Assembly: GCA_002322525.1 (NCBI GenBank)
Contig: DCOU01000038.1
Span: forward strand, 1 to 26,387
Direction of reading: 5' to 3'
DNA length: 26,387 nucleotides
DNA from: Candidatus Omnitrophica bacterium UBA1562
GTDB lineage: Bacteria > Omnitrophota > Gorgyraeia > Gygaellales > Profunditerraquicolaceae
Part shown: positions 1 through 8,126 of the stretch, in pieces
Layout of the letters: every line of letters starts with the position of its first letter
Position numbering within the stretch: the first letter of the stretch is position 1
Made by a program: the position numbers and the translations under genes
Notes under the pieces: model-generated
The model's database searches: none
What the model saw: only the letters and a program-made list of their open reading frames with translations
Told to the model about the DNA's origin: nothing

Positions 1-411
1 ATTATCTATTCTTTTCCCTTTAACTATTCCGCAATGACCATGAGAGGTATATCCACACAGACAAACGTCTGTAATTACAATTAAATCTTTAAATCTTTCC
101 TTTACTGCTCTTACCGCCTTTTGAACAATACCATCCTCTCTATAAGCAGATGAACCTACCTCATCTTTTGTTTTAGGGATTCCGAATAAAAGTATGGACT
201 CTATCCCCGTGCCTTTAGGTATATCTCTAAGTAACTTGTCAATTGAAAAATGATATACGCCGGGCATGGACTTAATGGGCTCTTTTATACCTTTACCTTC
301 CACCACAAAGTAAGGCAAAATAATATTTTTAGGATGAAGTTGGGTTTCGCTTATCCAATCCCGGACAAAGCTTTTTTCTCTTAGTCTTCTTAAGTCTATA
401 ACAGCCTGCAT
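1..411 (-). CDS. hemB: Porphobilinogen synthase (ALA dehydratase), 5' part; runs off the window
   Basis: Not in the ORF track. Manual translation from ATG at 411: MQAVIDLRRLREKSFVRDWISET...PIKSMPGVYHFS...ILLFGIP...DGIVQKAVR...ITDVCLCGYTSHGHCGIV. It has the N-terminal RRLR motif and the Zn-binding CxCx7C motif, and follows cobA-hemD. Confidence 0.95.
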   Translation of the reverse strand, partial: MQAVIDLRRLREKSFVRDWISETQLHPKNIILPYFVVEGKGIKEPIKSMPGVYHFSIDKLLRDIPKGTGIESILLFGIPKTKDEVGSSAYREDGIVQKAVRAVKERFKDLIVITDVCLCGYTSHGHCGIVKGKRIDN

Positions 412-1919
412 CTTTTGGCCTCTCTTAGAGTAACTTTGCCTATACATCTAACTTTTACATTTTTGGGCACCTTTTTATATTTTTTTTTAAAATTCCTTAC
501 CGTTGAAGGGCTGGTAAACATAATCTCATCAAAGGTATTCAAGTCTAAGTCTGGCAAATCCTTGGGTATTACATTTCTATAAGCAAAACTGGTAGTTATT
601 TTTGCTCCTAATCTTTTGAATGCCTTCTCCAAACCCTTATCCGAAATATCCGAACGGGGCAAAAATATCCTCTTGCCTCTTATATCTAAGCTCTTAAATT
701 CCCTAACCAAGCCTTCCGAGGACTCTTTCTGGGGTAGCAAATCCGCTATAATTCCAAAGCCCAAGAGTCTATTTTTTGTAGAATTCCCGATAGCCGCAAT
801 CTTTATGCCAGCAAGTATTCTTGAATCATAGCTTATCGCACTTAATCTCTTAAAGAAGTATTCGACTGCATATCTGCTTACAAAGACTATCCAATCAAAA
901 TTTCTAATGTCTTTTAAATAATTATCAAATTCCTTATAGTCATCTAAGGGCTCGATCTTAATTAAAGGAAGATAAAAATAAGTGCCTCTTATAAAAAATC
1001 TTTCCTGCGACAGGCCAGTAAACAAAATTCTTTTGTTTTTCTTAAGCCAATTAAATTCTTTCTCTAACTTTACCCCGTTAGAGATACATTTGGCTGAAAC
1101 TAATTTACGGTCACCTGAAGGTGACCTATCTCTAACGGGGTTTACTACTTTGCCAACAATAACTATTGCCGGCGGCTTTAAACTTTGCTCTTTGGCCTTT
1201 TGCGCAATATCTTTTAAGGTGCCGATTAAAATTCTCTGGGTTATTAAACTGGCATTCTCGACTATCGCCACCGGTGTATTCTCATCCTTTCCTGCACCAA
1301 GTAAACGGGAAACTATTTCATCCAAATTCTCTACTGCCATATATAAAACTATGGTGCCAATTTTTGCTATGCTTTCCCAGTTAAGTAAACTTTCTTTCTT
1401 TATCGGTTCCTCATGGCCGGTAACAAAAACACAACTGGAAGCAAATCTTCTATCGGTCAAAGGAATGCCCGAAAATGCACTTGCGGCACTGGCAGAAGTA
1501 ACTCCTGGCACAATCTCAAATTCTATTTTTTCTTTGGTTAAAGCCTTGAGTTCCTGGGAACACCTGCTAAATATTGTGGGGTCGCCATTCTTTAGCCTTG
1601 CCACCTTTTTCCCTTCTTTAGCTTTCTTAATTATTAAGCTATTTATTTTATCCTGATGCACCAAAAATCCGTTAGAGTATCTTTCTTTACCCCGCCCTTT
1701 ATCAATATACAGCGTCTCTTTGTAGGAAAAAGGGCTGGGTTTACCTAACTTATCGCAACATAATAATTGCGCGCCATCCTTTGCATATTCCAAAAGACTC
1801 CTATCCACGAGGTAGTCATAAATAACCACATCCGCTTCTTTAAGAATATTTAATCCTCTCAGCGTTATTAAGTCAGGCTTTCCGGGACCTGCTCCAACTA
1901 AATAGACTTTGCCTTTCAT
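396..1919 (-). CDS. cobA: Uroporphyrinogen-III C-methyltransferase / uroporphyrinogen-III synthase fusion (CobA-HemD) carrying two in-frame palindromic insertions
   Basis: Methyltransferase motifs VYLVGAGPG, ARLKNGDP, EIVPGVTSA, GIPLTDR, VTGHE and LYM. C-terminal HemD-like region with FDWIVFVS, IAAIG, FLPRS, YRN, FTSPSTV and CIG. Confidence 0.93.
   Translation of the reverse strand: MKGKVYLVGAGPGKPDLITLRGLNILKEADVVIYDYLVDRSLLEYAKDGAQLLCCDKLGKPSPFSYKETLYIDKGRGKERYSNGFLVHQDKINSLIIKKAKEGKKVARLKNGDPTIFSRCSQELKALTKEKIEFEIVPGVTSASAASAFSGIPLTDRRFASSCVFVTGHEEPIKKESLLNWESIAKIGTIVLYMAVENLDEIVSRLLGAGKDENTPVAIVENASLITQRILIGTLKDIAQKAKEQSLKPPAIVIVGKVVNPVRDRSPSGDRKLVSAKCISNGVKLEKEFNWLKKNKRILFTGLSQERFFIRGTYFYLPLIKIEPLDDYKEFDNYLKDIRNFDWIVFVSRYAVEYFFKRLSAISYDSRILAGIKIAAIGNSTKNRLLGFGIIADLLPQKESSEGLVREFKSLDIRGKRIFLPRSDISDKGLEKAFKRLGAKITTSFAYRNVIPKDLPDLDLNTFDEIMFTSPSTVRNFKKKYKKVPKNVKVRCIGKVTLREAKRCRLL
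1073..1140. mobile_element. 68-bp palindromic MITE-like insertion, in frame in cobA-hemD
   Basis: Perfect 14-bp terminal IR CCCCGTTAGAGATA/TATCTCTAACGGGG and internal hairpin GGTCACCT-GA-AGGTGACC. Flanked by TTTA at 1069-1072 and 1141-1144. 68+4=72 nt adds NPVRDRSPSGDRKLVSAKCISNGV; removal restores GKVVKLEKEF. Confidence 0.9.
1690..1739. mobile_element. 50-bp palindromic MITE-like insertion, in frame in cobA
   Basis: IR CCCCGCCCTTT/AAAGGGCTGGG (1 mismatch), flanked by TTTA at 1686-1689 and 1740-1743. 54 nt adds PSPFSYKETLYIDKGRGK; removal gives DKLGKERYSNGFLVHQDKIN. Confidence 0.85.
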
Positions 1920-2596
1920 AATAAAACAACCTCCCGGGAATCAATTACTGAAAGCAAGTTATGCAGATGTAAATCTTCAGCTCTTGCGACAATGGCTAAA
2001 GACCCCTGCCAAGGATGGGGTTTAAGAATCTCAAATGGTATTCTTTGGGAAATCCTATCTTCCAGCCCCAATCTAATCAAACCAGCGGCAGCAATCACAA
2101 TGGTATCTAAGTCTGTTTCATCAAGTATCTTTAATCTCTCCTCGATATTGCCGCGGATATCTATAATCTGAAAATCCTTTCGATAGTTTTTAAGTTGAAT
2201 CTTACGCCTTAAGCTACTTGTCCCTATTTTTGCGCCCACCTTCAGTTCATCAAGGGTTAGATTATTCTTTGAAACCAAGGCATCGTAAGGATCGATGGAC
2301 TTTGTAATGGCCGCGATAAAAAGTCCGGGCGCCAAATTATCCGGCAAGTCCTTTGCGCTATGTACAACAAAGTCAATTTCACCCTTTAAAAGTGCCTCAT
2401 CTATTTCTCGGGTAAAAAAGTCGCTTCCTTCTATTTGCGATATAGGCGTAAACTTATCCTTATCGCCATATGTATCTATACCTATAATCTCTACATTAAG
2501 ATCGGGGTAGAATTTCTTTAAATTGCTTACCACCTCTTCTACCTGCTTAAGCGCAAGAAGGCTGGTTCTGGTTCCAATACGGTAAGTTTTTGCCAT
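1916..2596 (-). CDS. hemC: Hydroxymethylbilane synthase, short form (domains 1-2 only; no domain 3 or cofactor Cys)
   Basis: IGTRxSxLA, GD, FTREID, VHSAKD, GTSSLRR, IRGN and QG motifs are present. It ends at 226 aa before the GGC motif and has no Cys. ATGA overlap with cobA. Confidence 0.9.
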   Translation of the reverse strand: MAKTYRIGTRTSLLALKQVEEVVSNLKKFYPDLNVEIIGIDTYGDKDKFTPISQIEGSDFFTREIDEALLKGEIDFVVHSAKDLPDNLAPGLFIAAITKSIDPYDALVSKNNLTLDELKVGAKIGTSSLRRKIQLKNYRKDFQIIDIRGNIEERLKILDETDLDTIVIAAAGLIRLGLEDRISQRIPFEILKPHPWQGSLAIVARAEDLHLHNLLSVIDSREVVLL

Positions 2597-3579
2597 AATC
2601 TCTCTGCCTTTATTTTTATGACCTCTTCAATTTTCTTTGCTTCTTCTTTCTTTTTCTCAAAGTTCTTCTTTATTACAGTACCTAAATCTTCTAAACAGAA
2701 AAGCTCAACGCCCATTATATCTTTTACTAGAGGCTCAACATTCCTGGGTAAAGCAAGGTCAACTATAAGAAGCCCGTGATTAATAAGGCCTTCTAAAGTT
2801 TCCTTTTTAATAATAAAATGCGGGCTTGCTGTAGCGGTTATGACTACATCCGCCTTTTTCAAAGACTCTCTTAATCTATCGAATCTTACCGCCGCACCAT
2901 TAATCTCACTTGCCAATGCCTTTGCCTTTTCAAAAGTCCGATTAGAAACAAAGATTACGTTGGGCCTTTCTTTTTTTAGGTACTGCAAAACTAATTCGCT
3001 CACCTTTCCTACTCCAATAATTAAAATATTCTTACTCGAGAGGTTACCCAATCGTCCTTTTATAAAATCTAAAGCCAGGCTTCCTACAGAAATTTTACCT
3101 TCAGATATCTTAGTTTCTTTGTGTATCATCTTGGCGAAAGACAGAGCCTGAATAAATGTTTTCCTCAAAAACTCATCAGCAAAACCAATCTCTCTTGCTT
3201 CAAGATATGCCTGTTTAACTTGCCCTGAAATTTGTGTCTCACCAAGAATCAACGAATCTAGGCCGCAGGTAACCGCAAATAAATGCCTAAGTGCTTCTTT
3301 TGCCTCATATGTATAAAGGTAAGGCAAAAAATTTTTTGTCTCAATTTCATGGTATCGCGAAAGAAAATTTATTATCTGGCCTCTTGCACTTTCGAGATTT
3401 TCTGTGCTAGCATAAATCTCCATTCGATTACAAGTAGAAAGAATAACCGCTCCCTTAAATATTTGCCATTCCTTTAAGAGAAAAAGGGCGTTTTTTAGCC
3501 TCTTTTTAGGAAAGACGAGTCTCTCCCTCAATTCAATTGGACTAAACTTGTGATTTGTGCCAACCACTATTAAGTTCAT
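2539..3579 (-). CDS. hemA: Glutamyl-tRNA reductase (short C-terminus)
   Basis: VVGTNHK, LSTCNRME (catalytic Cys), GLDSLILGETQI, IIGVG NAD(P) motif, NRT, TATASPH and DLALPRNV. Confidence 0.95.
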   Translation of the reverse strand: MNLIVVGTNHKFSPIELRERLVFPKKRLKNALFLLKEWQIFKGAVILSTCNRMEIYASTENLESARGQIINFLSRYHEIETKNFLPYLYTYEAKEALRHLFAVTCGLDSLILGETQISGQVKQAYLEAREIGFADEFLRKTFIQALSFAKMIHKETKISEGKISVGSLALDFIKGRLGNLSSKNILIIGVGKVSELVLQYLKKERPNVIFVSNRTFEKAKALASEINGAAVRFDRLRESLKKADVVITATASPHFIIKKETLEGLINHGLLIVDLALPRNVEPLVKDIMGVELFCLEDLGTVIKKNFEKKKEEAKKIEEVIKIKAERLWQKLTVLEPEPAFLRLSR

Positions 3580-3974
3580 TCTATCTTGACTTCCTCTTCG
3601 TTTATTTTTCCCTCAACAATCTTGAAGGACCTTATGCTCGGGTTATCTTTATCCTTTATTGAAGCAATCACGTACGATGCCTCAGGATAAAAAGCCAATT
3701 CTACATCGTGTTCAGATGGATAAGCCTCTGTCTCAAGATGCGAATGATATATCCCCACCATCTCAAGGCCTAAATTACGTATTTCTTTCATCACTTTGAG
3801 CTGTTCTTTCGGGTCCATAAAGAATGAATTTGGGCTTCTATCTGTATTAGCCATCCTATAAATCTTTATAATCCTGCCTTCTTTACCTGCTAATATCCCG
3901 CAGGCCTCATTAGGAAATTCTCTTTTAGAGTGCTCTATCATCTGCTCAAACAAACTTTTTGCAATATAAATCAT
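3576..3974 (-). CDS. JAB/MPN (Mov34, M67) metalloprotease, Mec/HcyD-like sulfur-carrier processing peptidase
   Basis: PNEACGILAG and GIYHSHLETEAYPSEHD (E...HSH-x7-S-x2-D JAMM motif). Confidence 0.88.
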   Translation of the reverse strand: MIYIAKSLFEQMIEHSKREFPNEACGILAGKEGRIIKIYRMANTDRSPNSFFMDPKEQLKVMKEIRNLGLEMVGIYHSHLETEAYPSEHDVELAFYPEASYVIASIKDKDNPSIRSFKIVEGKINEEEVKIE

Positions 3975-4960
3975 TTTTTAACCCCTAAAAGTAAAAGCAT
4001 AGAATAACAAATTATTATACTTAAGACAGGCGTCAGCATCCAAACCTTCAGGATTTTCTTAGTTATAGGGTGAACCAAGGTCTGGCTATGATTTTTCTCC
4101 TCCTTTGCAGTATGTATGGCCAGAATAGACAAAGAGGAAAACTGGACATAGGGCGCAGGAAGACCCAAAACAGAACATGTAATAATAAAAGTGCTGACTA
4201 CCATGGAAACGATTGAGGCCGATATCGTACCCAAAGGAACAATCTCCTTACTTACGGTATTAAGCACTCCTTTGCCTAAAATAAGCCCTCCTAGACCAAA
4301 GAGCAGAGAAAAAATTAAAAAACCCGGTCTTGGACTTACTATATTTGCCGCCATAAGAGGCCCTACGACATTAGCCACATTATTAGTGCCAATACCAAAT
4401 GCGCTATAGAAGTCAGTGAAAAGTGTCCATTTTTTAAGCTTGGCCTCGTGGCAGAAAAATTTTTCATAGAATCTTAAGTTCTTCTGCCGCGGCGGATAAA
4501 TCTTGCGCGCAATAAAATAAGTAAGAAAATACGATAAAAGAGATACACCAACCCAGACAAAAATCAAATACCTGATCAGAGAAAAATTTAAAGATTTGAA
4601 ATATAACCCTGCCCCCACAAAAGAGCTAATGATAATTATGCTTGTTGACTGTGGTATTTTAAGGACGTTTGCCAAAAATAATGCGATACAAGCTGAAAAA
4701 AGAATCACTAAAACCACTGGTTGAGTAATAAGTTCTGGAGCGATAATTTTACTGCTTAATGTCTTTGCAACCCTTCCCCCTACAAGCAACGCCCCTATAA
4801 GCACAAATATAGTAAAGAGAACTACGGCCCTATTTTTTTTAATAATGTTACTTCCCACGCTAGGAGCAAATGACACTGCTAAACCTGAGGCCCCCATGTT
4901 CATCGCCCAAAATATAGAAATAATTATAAGGAGTAATATCTCGATCATTTTCTCACTCAA
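3971..4960 (-). CDS. PiT-family anion permease; probably a sulfate permease (CysP-like) given its context
   Basis: Repeated PiT signatures (AMNMGASG...; GIGTNNVANVVG), multiple TM segments, and position directly after cysH. The start may be the ATG at 4948 instead. Confidence 0.8.
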   Translation of the reverse strand: MSEKMIEILLLIIISIFWAMNMGASGLAVSFAPSVGSNIIKKNRAVVLFTIFVLIGALLVGGRVAKTLSSKIIAPELITQPVVLVILFSACIALFLANVLKIPQSTSIIIISSFVGAGLYFKSLNFSLIRYLIFVWVGVSLLSYFLTYFIARKIYPPRQKNLRFYEKFFCHEAKLKKWTLFTDFYSAFGIGTNNVANVVGPLMAANIVSPRPGFLIFSLLFGLGGLILGKGVLNTVSKEIVPLGTISASIVSMVVSTFIITCSVLGLPAPYVQFSSLSILAIHTAKEEKNHSQTLVHPITKKILKVWMLTPVLSIIICYSMLLLLGVKK

Positions 4961-5679
4961 ATCCCATCACCAGCCACGTTCTTTAGTGGCCGGGTATGGA
5001 TTCCGCATTCGCCGCCGCATTTGCTTGTGCCAATCCAACGGCCAGAGCGTTCGTCTTCTTCGTTAGTAATCCTGGTGCAGGGTGCGCAACCTAAAGACCT
5101 GTAACCTTGTCCGTAAAGAGGATTCACCTTTACTCCGTTGAGAGCCAGGTATTGCCAAACTTCTCTTTCCTTCCAAACAAGAATTGGATTCAGCTTAATC
5201 AAACCTTTATCCCGCTCTTCAACCTCTTTAAAGTCTGTGCGCGTCCTTCCTTCTGTACAACGCAAACCTGTAACCCAGCACTTGACTCCCATCTCTTCAA
5301 TTGCTCTGCGGATAGGTTCTACCTTTAAAATATCGCAGCATTTATCTGGGTCTGTTTCATAAAGTTTATCTGGTATCTCTGCATCGCTTTTATAAATTTT
5401 AATTTCAGGGTATCTAACTACTGTTTCATGCATAAATTGAACAGTCTCTTTTGGTTTAAACCTTGTGGTAATAATAAAACCTCTGATTTTTGGGCTAACT
5501 TTTTTTGCCAGATCCCAGACTGTTACAGAATCCTTGCCCAGACTATTAGCAACTACCAAGCCATCACCATATTTTTCATATGCCTCTTTTGTGAGTGCTA
5601 AGGACCTCTCTACTTTTTGTTTAAAATTCAAAGTTTCTACCAAGCTTTTAATATCATCCTGGTTGTTTAATAAACTCAT
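4957..5679 (-). CDS. cysH: Adenylylsulfate (APS/PAPS) reductase, [4Fe-4S]-type
   Basis: SLGKDS, KCCDILKVEP, WVTGLR, KLNPI, GYRSLGCAPCT, RSGRW and ECGIH. The CC...CxxC ligand set is typical of APS reductases. Confidence 0.93.
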   Translation of the reverse strand: MSLLNNQDDIKSLVETLNFKQKVERSLALTKEAYEKYGDGLVVANSLGKDSVTVWDLAKKVSPKIRGFIITTRFKPKETVQFMHETVVRYPEIKIYKSDAEIPDKLYETDPDKCCDILKVEPIRRAIEEMGVKCWVTGLRCTEGRTRTDFKEVEERDKGLIKLNPILVWKEREVWQYLALNGVKVNPLYGQGYRSLGCAPCTRITNEEDERSGRWIGTSKCGGECGIHTRPLKNVAGDGI

Positions 5680-5694
5680 TTGACTGCTCCCTCC

Positions 5695-6132
5695 TTAAAT
5701 TTGGTAAACAATCGTTTCTTTTTGCGACTTTACCTGTTTGGCTAAATCCTCAAAGGTTATATTGTCGATTATATTCGAAGTACAGCGCGTAACCTCCCGC
5801 CATATGTTCCTAAAAATACATTTATATATATCTTTGCAGCCCGAATAGTTCCGTTCAATGCAAGCTAAAGGTTCAATAGGGCCATCTATAAATCTGACAA
5901 CATCGCCCAGTTTTATTTGCAAAGGTGATTTGACTAAAAGATAACCTCCGACTTTACCCCTGCGACTTTCCACAAATCCGCCCCTTTTTAAATCCAGCAA
6001 CACCTGTTCTAAGAATTTTAGGGGTATATCTGCATGCTTGGCCAGATCATGAATGGTCACTAACTCTCCATAATGCAAGGATAAATCCAAAATTGCCTTT
6101 AATGCGTAGTCTCCTTTGTAGGTTATGTGCAT
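5695..6132 (-). CDS. Rrf2-family transcriptional regulator (IscR/CymR-like, three Cys)
   Basis: DYALKAILDL, LEQVL, VESRRGKVGGYLL, and C-x7-C-x5-C in the C-terminal half. Confidence 0.93.
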   Translation of the reverse strand: MHITYKGDYALKAILDLSLHYGELVTIHDLAKHADIPLKFLEQVLLDLKRGGFVESRRGKVGGYLLVKSPLQIKLGDVVRFIDGPIEPLACIERNYSGCKDIYKCIFRNIWREVTRCTSNIIDNITFEDLAKQVKSQKETIVYQI

Positions 6133-6156
6133 AGTCGTTGCTTCCCCTTCTTGTAT

Positions 6157-6206
6157 ATTAACTCTATTAACATAGTAGAGTATAATCTAAAAATAGAAAT
6201 TGTCAA
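6157..6206 (-). promoter_or_regulatory. Sigma70-type promoter with overlapping Rrf2 operator
   Basis: On the - strand: TTGACA (6206-6201), 16 nt, TATACT (6184-6179). Inverted repeat ACTCTA-N9-TAGAGT (6161-6181). 19/25 match to the IscR type-1 consensus ATASYYGACTRWWWYAGTCRRSTAT. Confidence 0.72.
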
Positions 6207-6211
6207 GTATT

Positions 6212-6335
6212 TTTTAGAGATAAAACTGACCATTGCCCCTGCCAATAAAAATACGGGAATAAAGCAGGCCAGAATATGTAAAGCAATGTATTCTTTTAAA
6301 GCTAAAAATCCTCCAAAGATTAATTCTTTGATCAT
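6212..6335 (-). pseudogene. 5' remnant of a DUF318 (ArsP-like) permease
   Basis: MIKELIFGGFLALKEYIALHILACFIPVFLLAGAMVSFISK resembles the permease N-terminus. The frame then runs into the promoter of the next operon and loses similarity. Confidence 0.65.
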
Positions 6336-6343
6336 TATTTGTC

Positions 6344-6778
6344 TTAGGTGGTAAATTGATGTTGGGACAAGTATCTGAATGCGCTCAGTGCGGCTTTAGC
6401 ACCTTCTCCTGCGGCAGTGATAATCTGCTTTTCGGGTACATCGGTAACATCTCCGGCAGCAAAGATACCCGTAATATTGGTTTCGTAGGCAGATTTGTTA
6501 GTTTTCACCCAAACTTTATCCTCTATTTTTTTAAGCTCAATTACTTCTTCGTTTTCTTTTAGGGCAATCTCAAATTTGCGCATATGTTCCTCAAACTTAG
6601 CTGCCAAATCCGGTCCTGTAATAAACTGATAACCTGTATAATTCTCTATATCACCGCTCAGCGCTGCCTGGCCACCGATGTCTTTGGTAATAACCAAGAG
6701 GCTCATTCTTTTACGTGCTGCGTAGACTGCCGCGGTTATCCCTGCCGGCCCTGCACCGATAATGATTAAGTCATACAT
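6344..6778 (-). pseudogene. trxB: Thioredoxin reductase with an in-frame internal deletion (NADPH domain and CxxC absent)
   Basis: The N-terminus ([20 protein letters not shown]) is joined at ...KSAYET|[13 protein letters not shown]... to the C-terminus ([14 protein letters not shown]). It is 144 aa versus about 300 for the family. Confidence 0.85.
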
Positions 6779-6780
6779 AT

Positions 6781-7017
6781 CTATAATCCCAGTGCGCTTT
6801 TTATTCTTTCTTTGTCAAATCCTACAATGATTTCACCTTCGATGTCCAAAACCGACACGCCCATTTGGCCGGATTTTTGCACCATTTCCTCCGCAGCTTG
6901 CTGATTATTTGAAACATCAATATCTTCAAAAGTTATATTGTTGTCCTTTAAGAATTGCTTAGTCCTAATGCACCAGGGACAGATAGGGGTACTATAGATT
7001 TTTACTGTCTTATTCAT
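6781..7017 (-). CDS. Glutaredoxin-like protein (NrdH/YruB type)
   Basis: [21 protein letters not shown] and IIVGFD. Adjacent to trxB. Confidence 0.92.
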   Translation of the reverse strand: MNKTVKIYSTPICPWCIRTKQFLKDNNITFEDIDVSNNQQAAEEMVQKSGQMGVSVLDIEGEIIVGFDKERIKSALGL

Positions 7018-7032
7018 ATTTTTCTCTTTATC

Positions 7033-7512
7033 TTAAGTTAAATTTCTCTTCAAATCGGACAAGATTTTTAAATGACCCTGCTCCTGCGTAATTAAGGCAT
7101 CCACAATCTTGAGGTCATATTCTGGCACTACCTTTTTCATACCTTCATAAAAAACGATGGAATCCTTCTCAAACCCTATACCCATATTCATAGCTTCTTG
7201 GTCGCTTTTTATAGTCTTGGCTATCTCTTTTCCTTTATCTTTTTGGGTAAATACATATTCGCTGGCTAAAGCGTTCATATAGGCAAAATATTCATCGGCA
7301 TCCAAACCTGATGGCTCATATTTTTCTGTTTTATTTAAAATCTCTTGAAAAGTTTTAATATGTTTTTCCTCTTCGCCGGCTAAATATTTAAATATCTCAG
7401 AGGCTTTTTGATTTTTTGATTGGCTGGACAATGTATTATAAAAATCCCTCCCATTTTTTTCGATCTGAATTCCTAATTTTACTATCTCACTACCGGCAAA
7501 TATGTTGTCCAT
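7033..7512 (-). CDS. Ferritin-like / rubrerythrin-like diiron protein without a rubredoxin domain
   Basis: Start reassigned to the ATG at 7512 (RBS GAGGAGG). Motifs: GIQIEKNGRDFY, EEEKH, FEKDSIVFY and QEQGH. Confidence 0.88.
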   Translation of the reverse strand: MDNIFAGSEIVKLGIQIEKNGRDFYNTLSSQSKNQKASEIFKYLAGEEEKHIKTFQEILNKTEKYEPSGLDADEYFAYMNALASEYVFTQKDKGKEIAKTIKSDQEAMNMGIGFEKDSIVFYEGMKKVVPEYDLKIVDALITQEQGHLKILSDLKRNLT

Positions 7513-7523
7513 CAACTTCCTCC

Positions 7524-8099
7524 TCAATAATTTTCGCAAAGGAGCTCGTAAAATCCTTGCGGATGGGCACAGGCAGGACATTCTTTAGGCGCTTCTTTGC
7601 CTTCGTGGACATATCCGCAATTTCGGCATTTCCATTTAACCACCGTATCCTTTTTAAACACCTTACCTTCCTTTACATTCCTGAATAATTTTCTGTATCG
7701 TATTTCATGTTGCTCTTCTACTTCTGCTATCTCCTTAAACTGATTAGCTACTTCTTCAAAGCCCTCTTTTCTTGCTGTCTCTTCTGCCTCTTTGTAAAGT
7801 CTTGTCCATTCAAGATTTTCACCGTCTCCAGCGGCTTTCAGATTTGCCGCAGTATCACCCATCAGACCAGCTGGATAACTGGCTCTAATCTCTACCTCCC
7901 CACCTTCTAAAAACCTAAAAAACCTCTTGGCGTGCTCTTTTTCATTATCAGCGGTCTCTAAAAATATTGCGGCTATTTGTTCATAGCCAGCATTTTTCGC
8001 CACAGAAGCAAAATAGGTATAGCGATTTCTTGCCTGAGATTCTCCAGCAAAAGAGGCAAGAAGGTTCTTCTCTGTTTTTGTCCCTTTCAAACTTTTCAT
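7524..8099 (-). CDS. rbr: Rubrerythrin
   Basis: AFAGESQARNRY-like start (SFAGESQARNRY), ENEKEH-like motif (DNEKEHA), GENLEW, VEEQHE, and C-terminal rubredoxin CRNCGY...CPACAH. Confidence 0.96.
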   Translation of the reverse strand: MKSLKGTKTEKNLLASFAGESQARNRYTYFASVAKNAGYEQIAAIFLETADNEKEHAKRFFRFLEGGEVEIRASYPAGLMGDTAANLKAAGDGENLEWTRLYKEAEETARKEGFEEVANQFKEIAEVEEQHEIRYRKLFRNVKEGKVFKKDTVVKWKCRNCGYVHEGKEAPKECPACAHPQGFYELLCENY

Positions 8100-8126
8100 C
8101 TTTTCACCCCCTTGTCTATGATTTTT

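Noticed and set aside
2539-2596. 58-nt hemA/hemC overlap as a programmed frameshift or fusion
   Set aside because: There is no slippery site. It is a low-complexity tail reading to the next stop, and hemC has its own ATG.
7513-7581. Track start of the ferritin-like ORF at 7581
   Set aside because: It overlaps rubrerythrin out of frame. A strong RBS supports the ATG at 7512.
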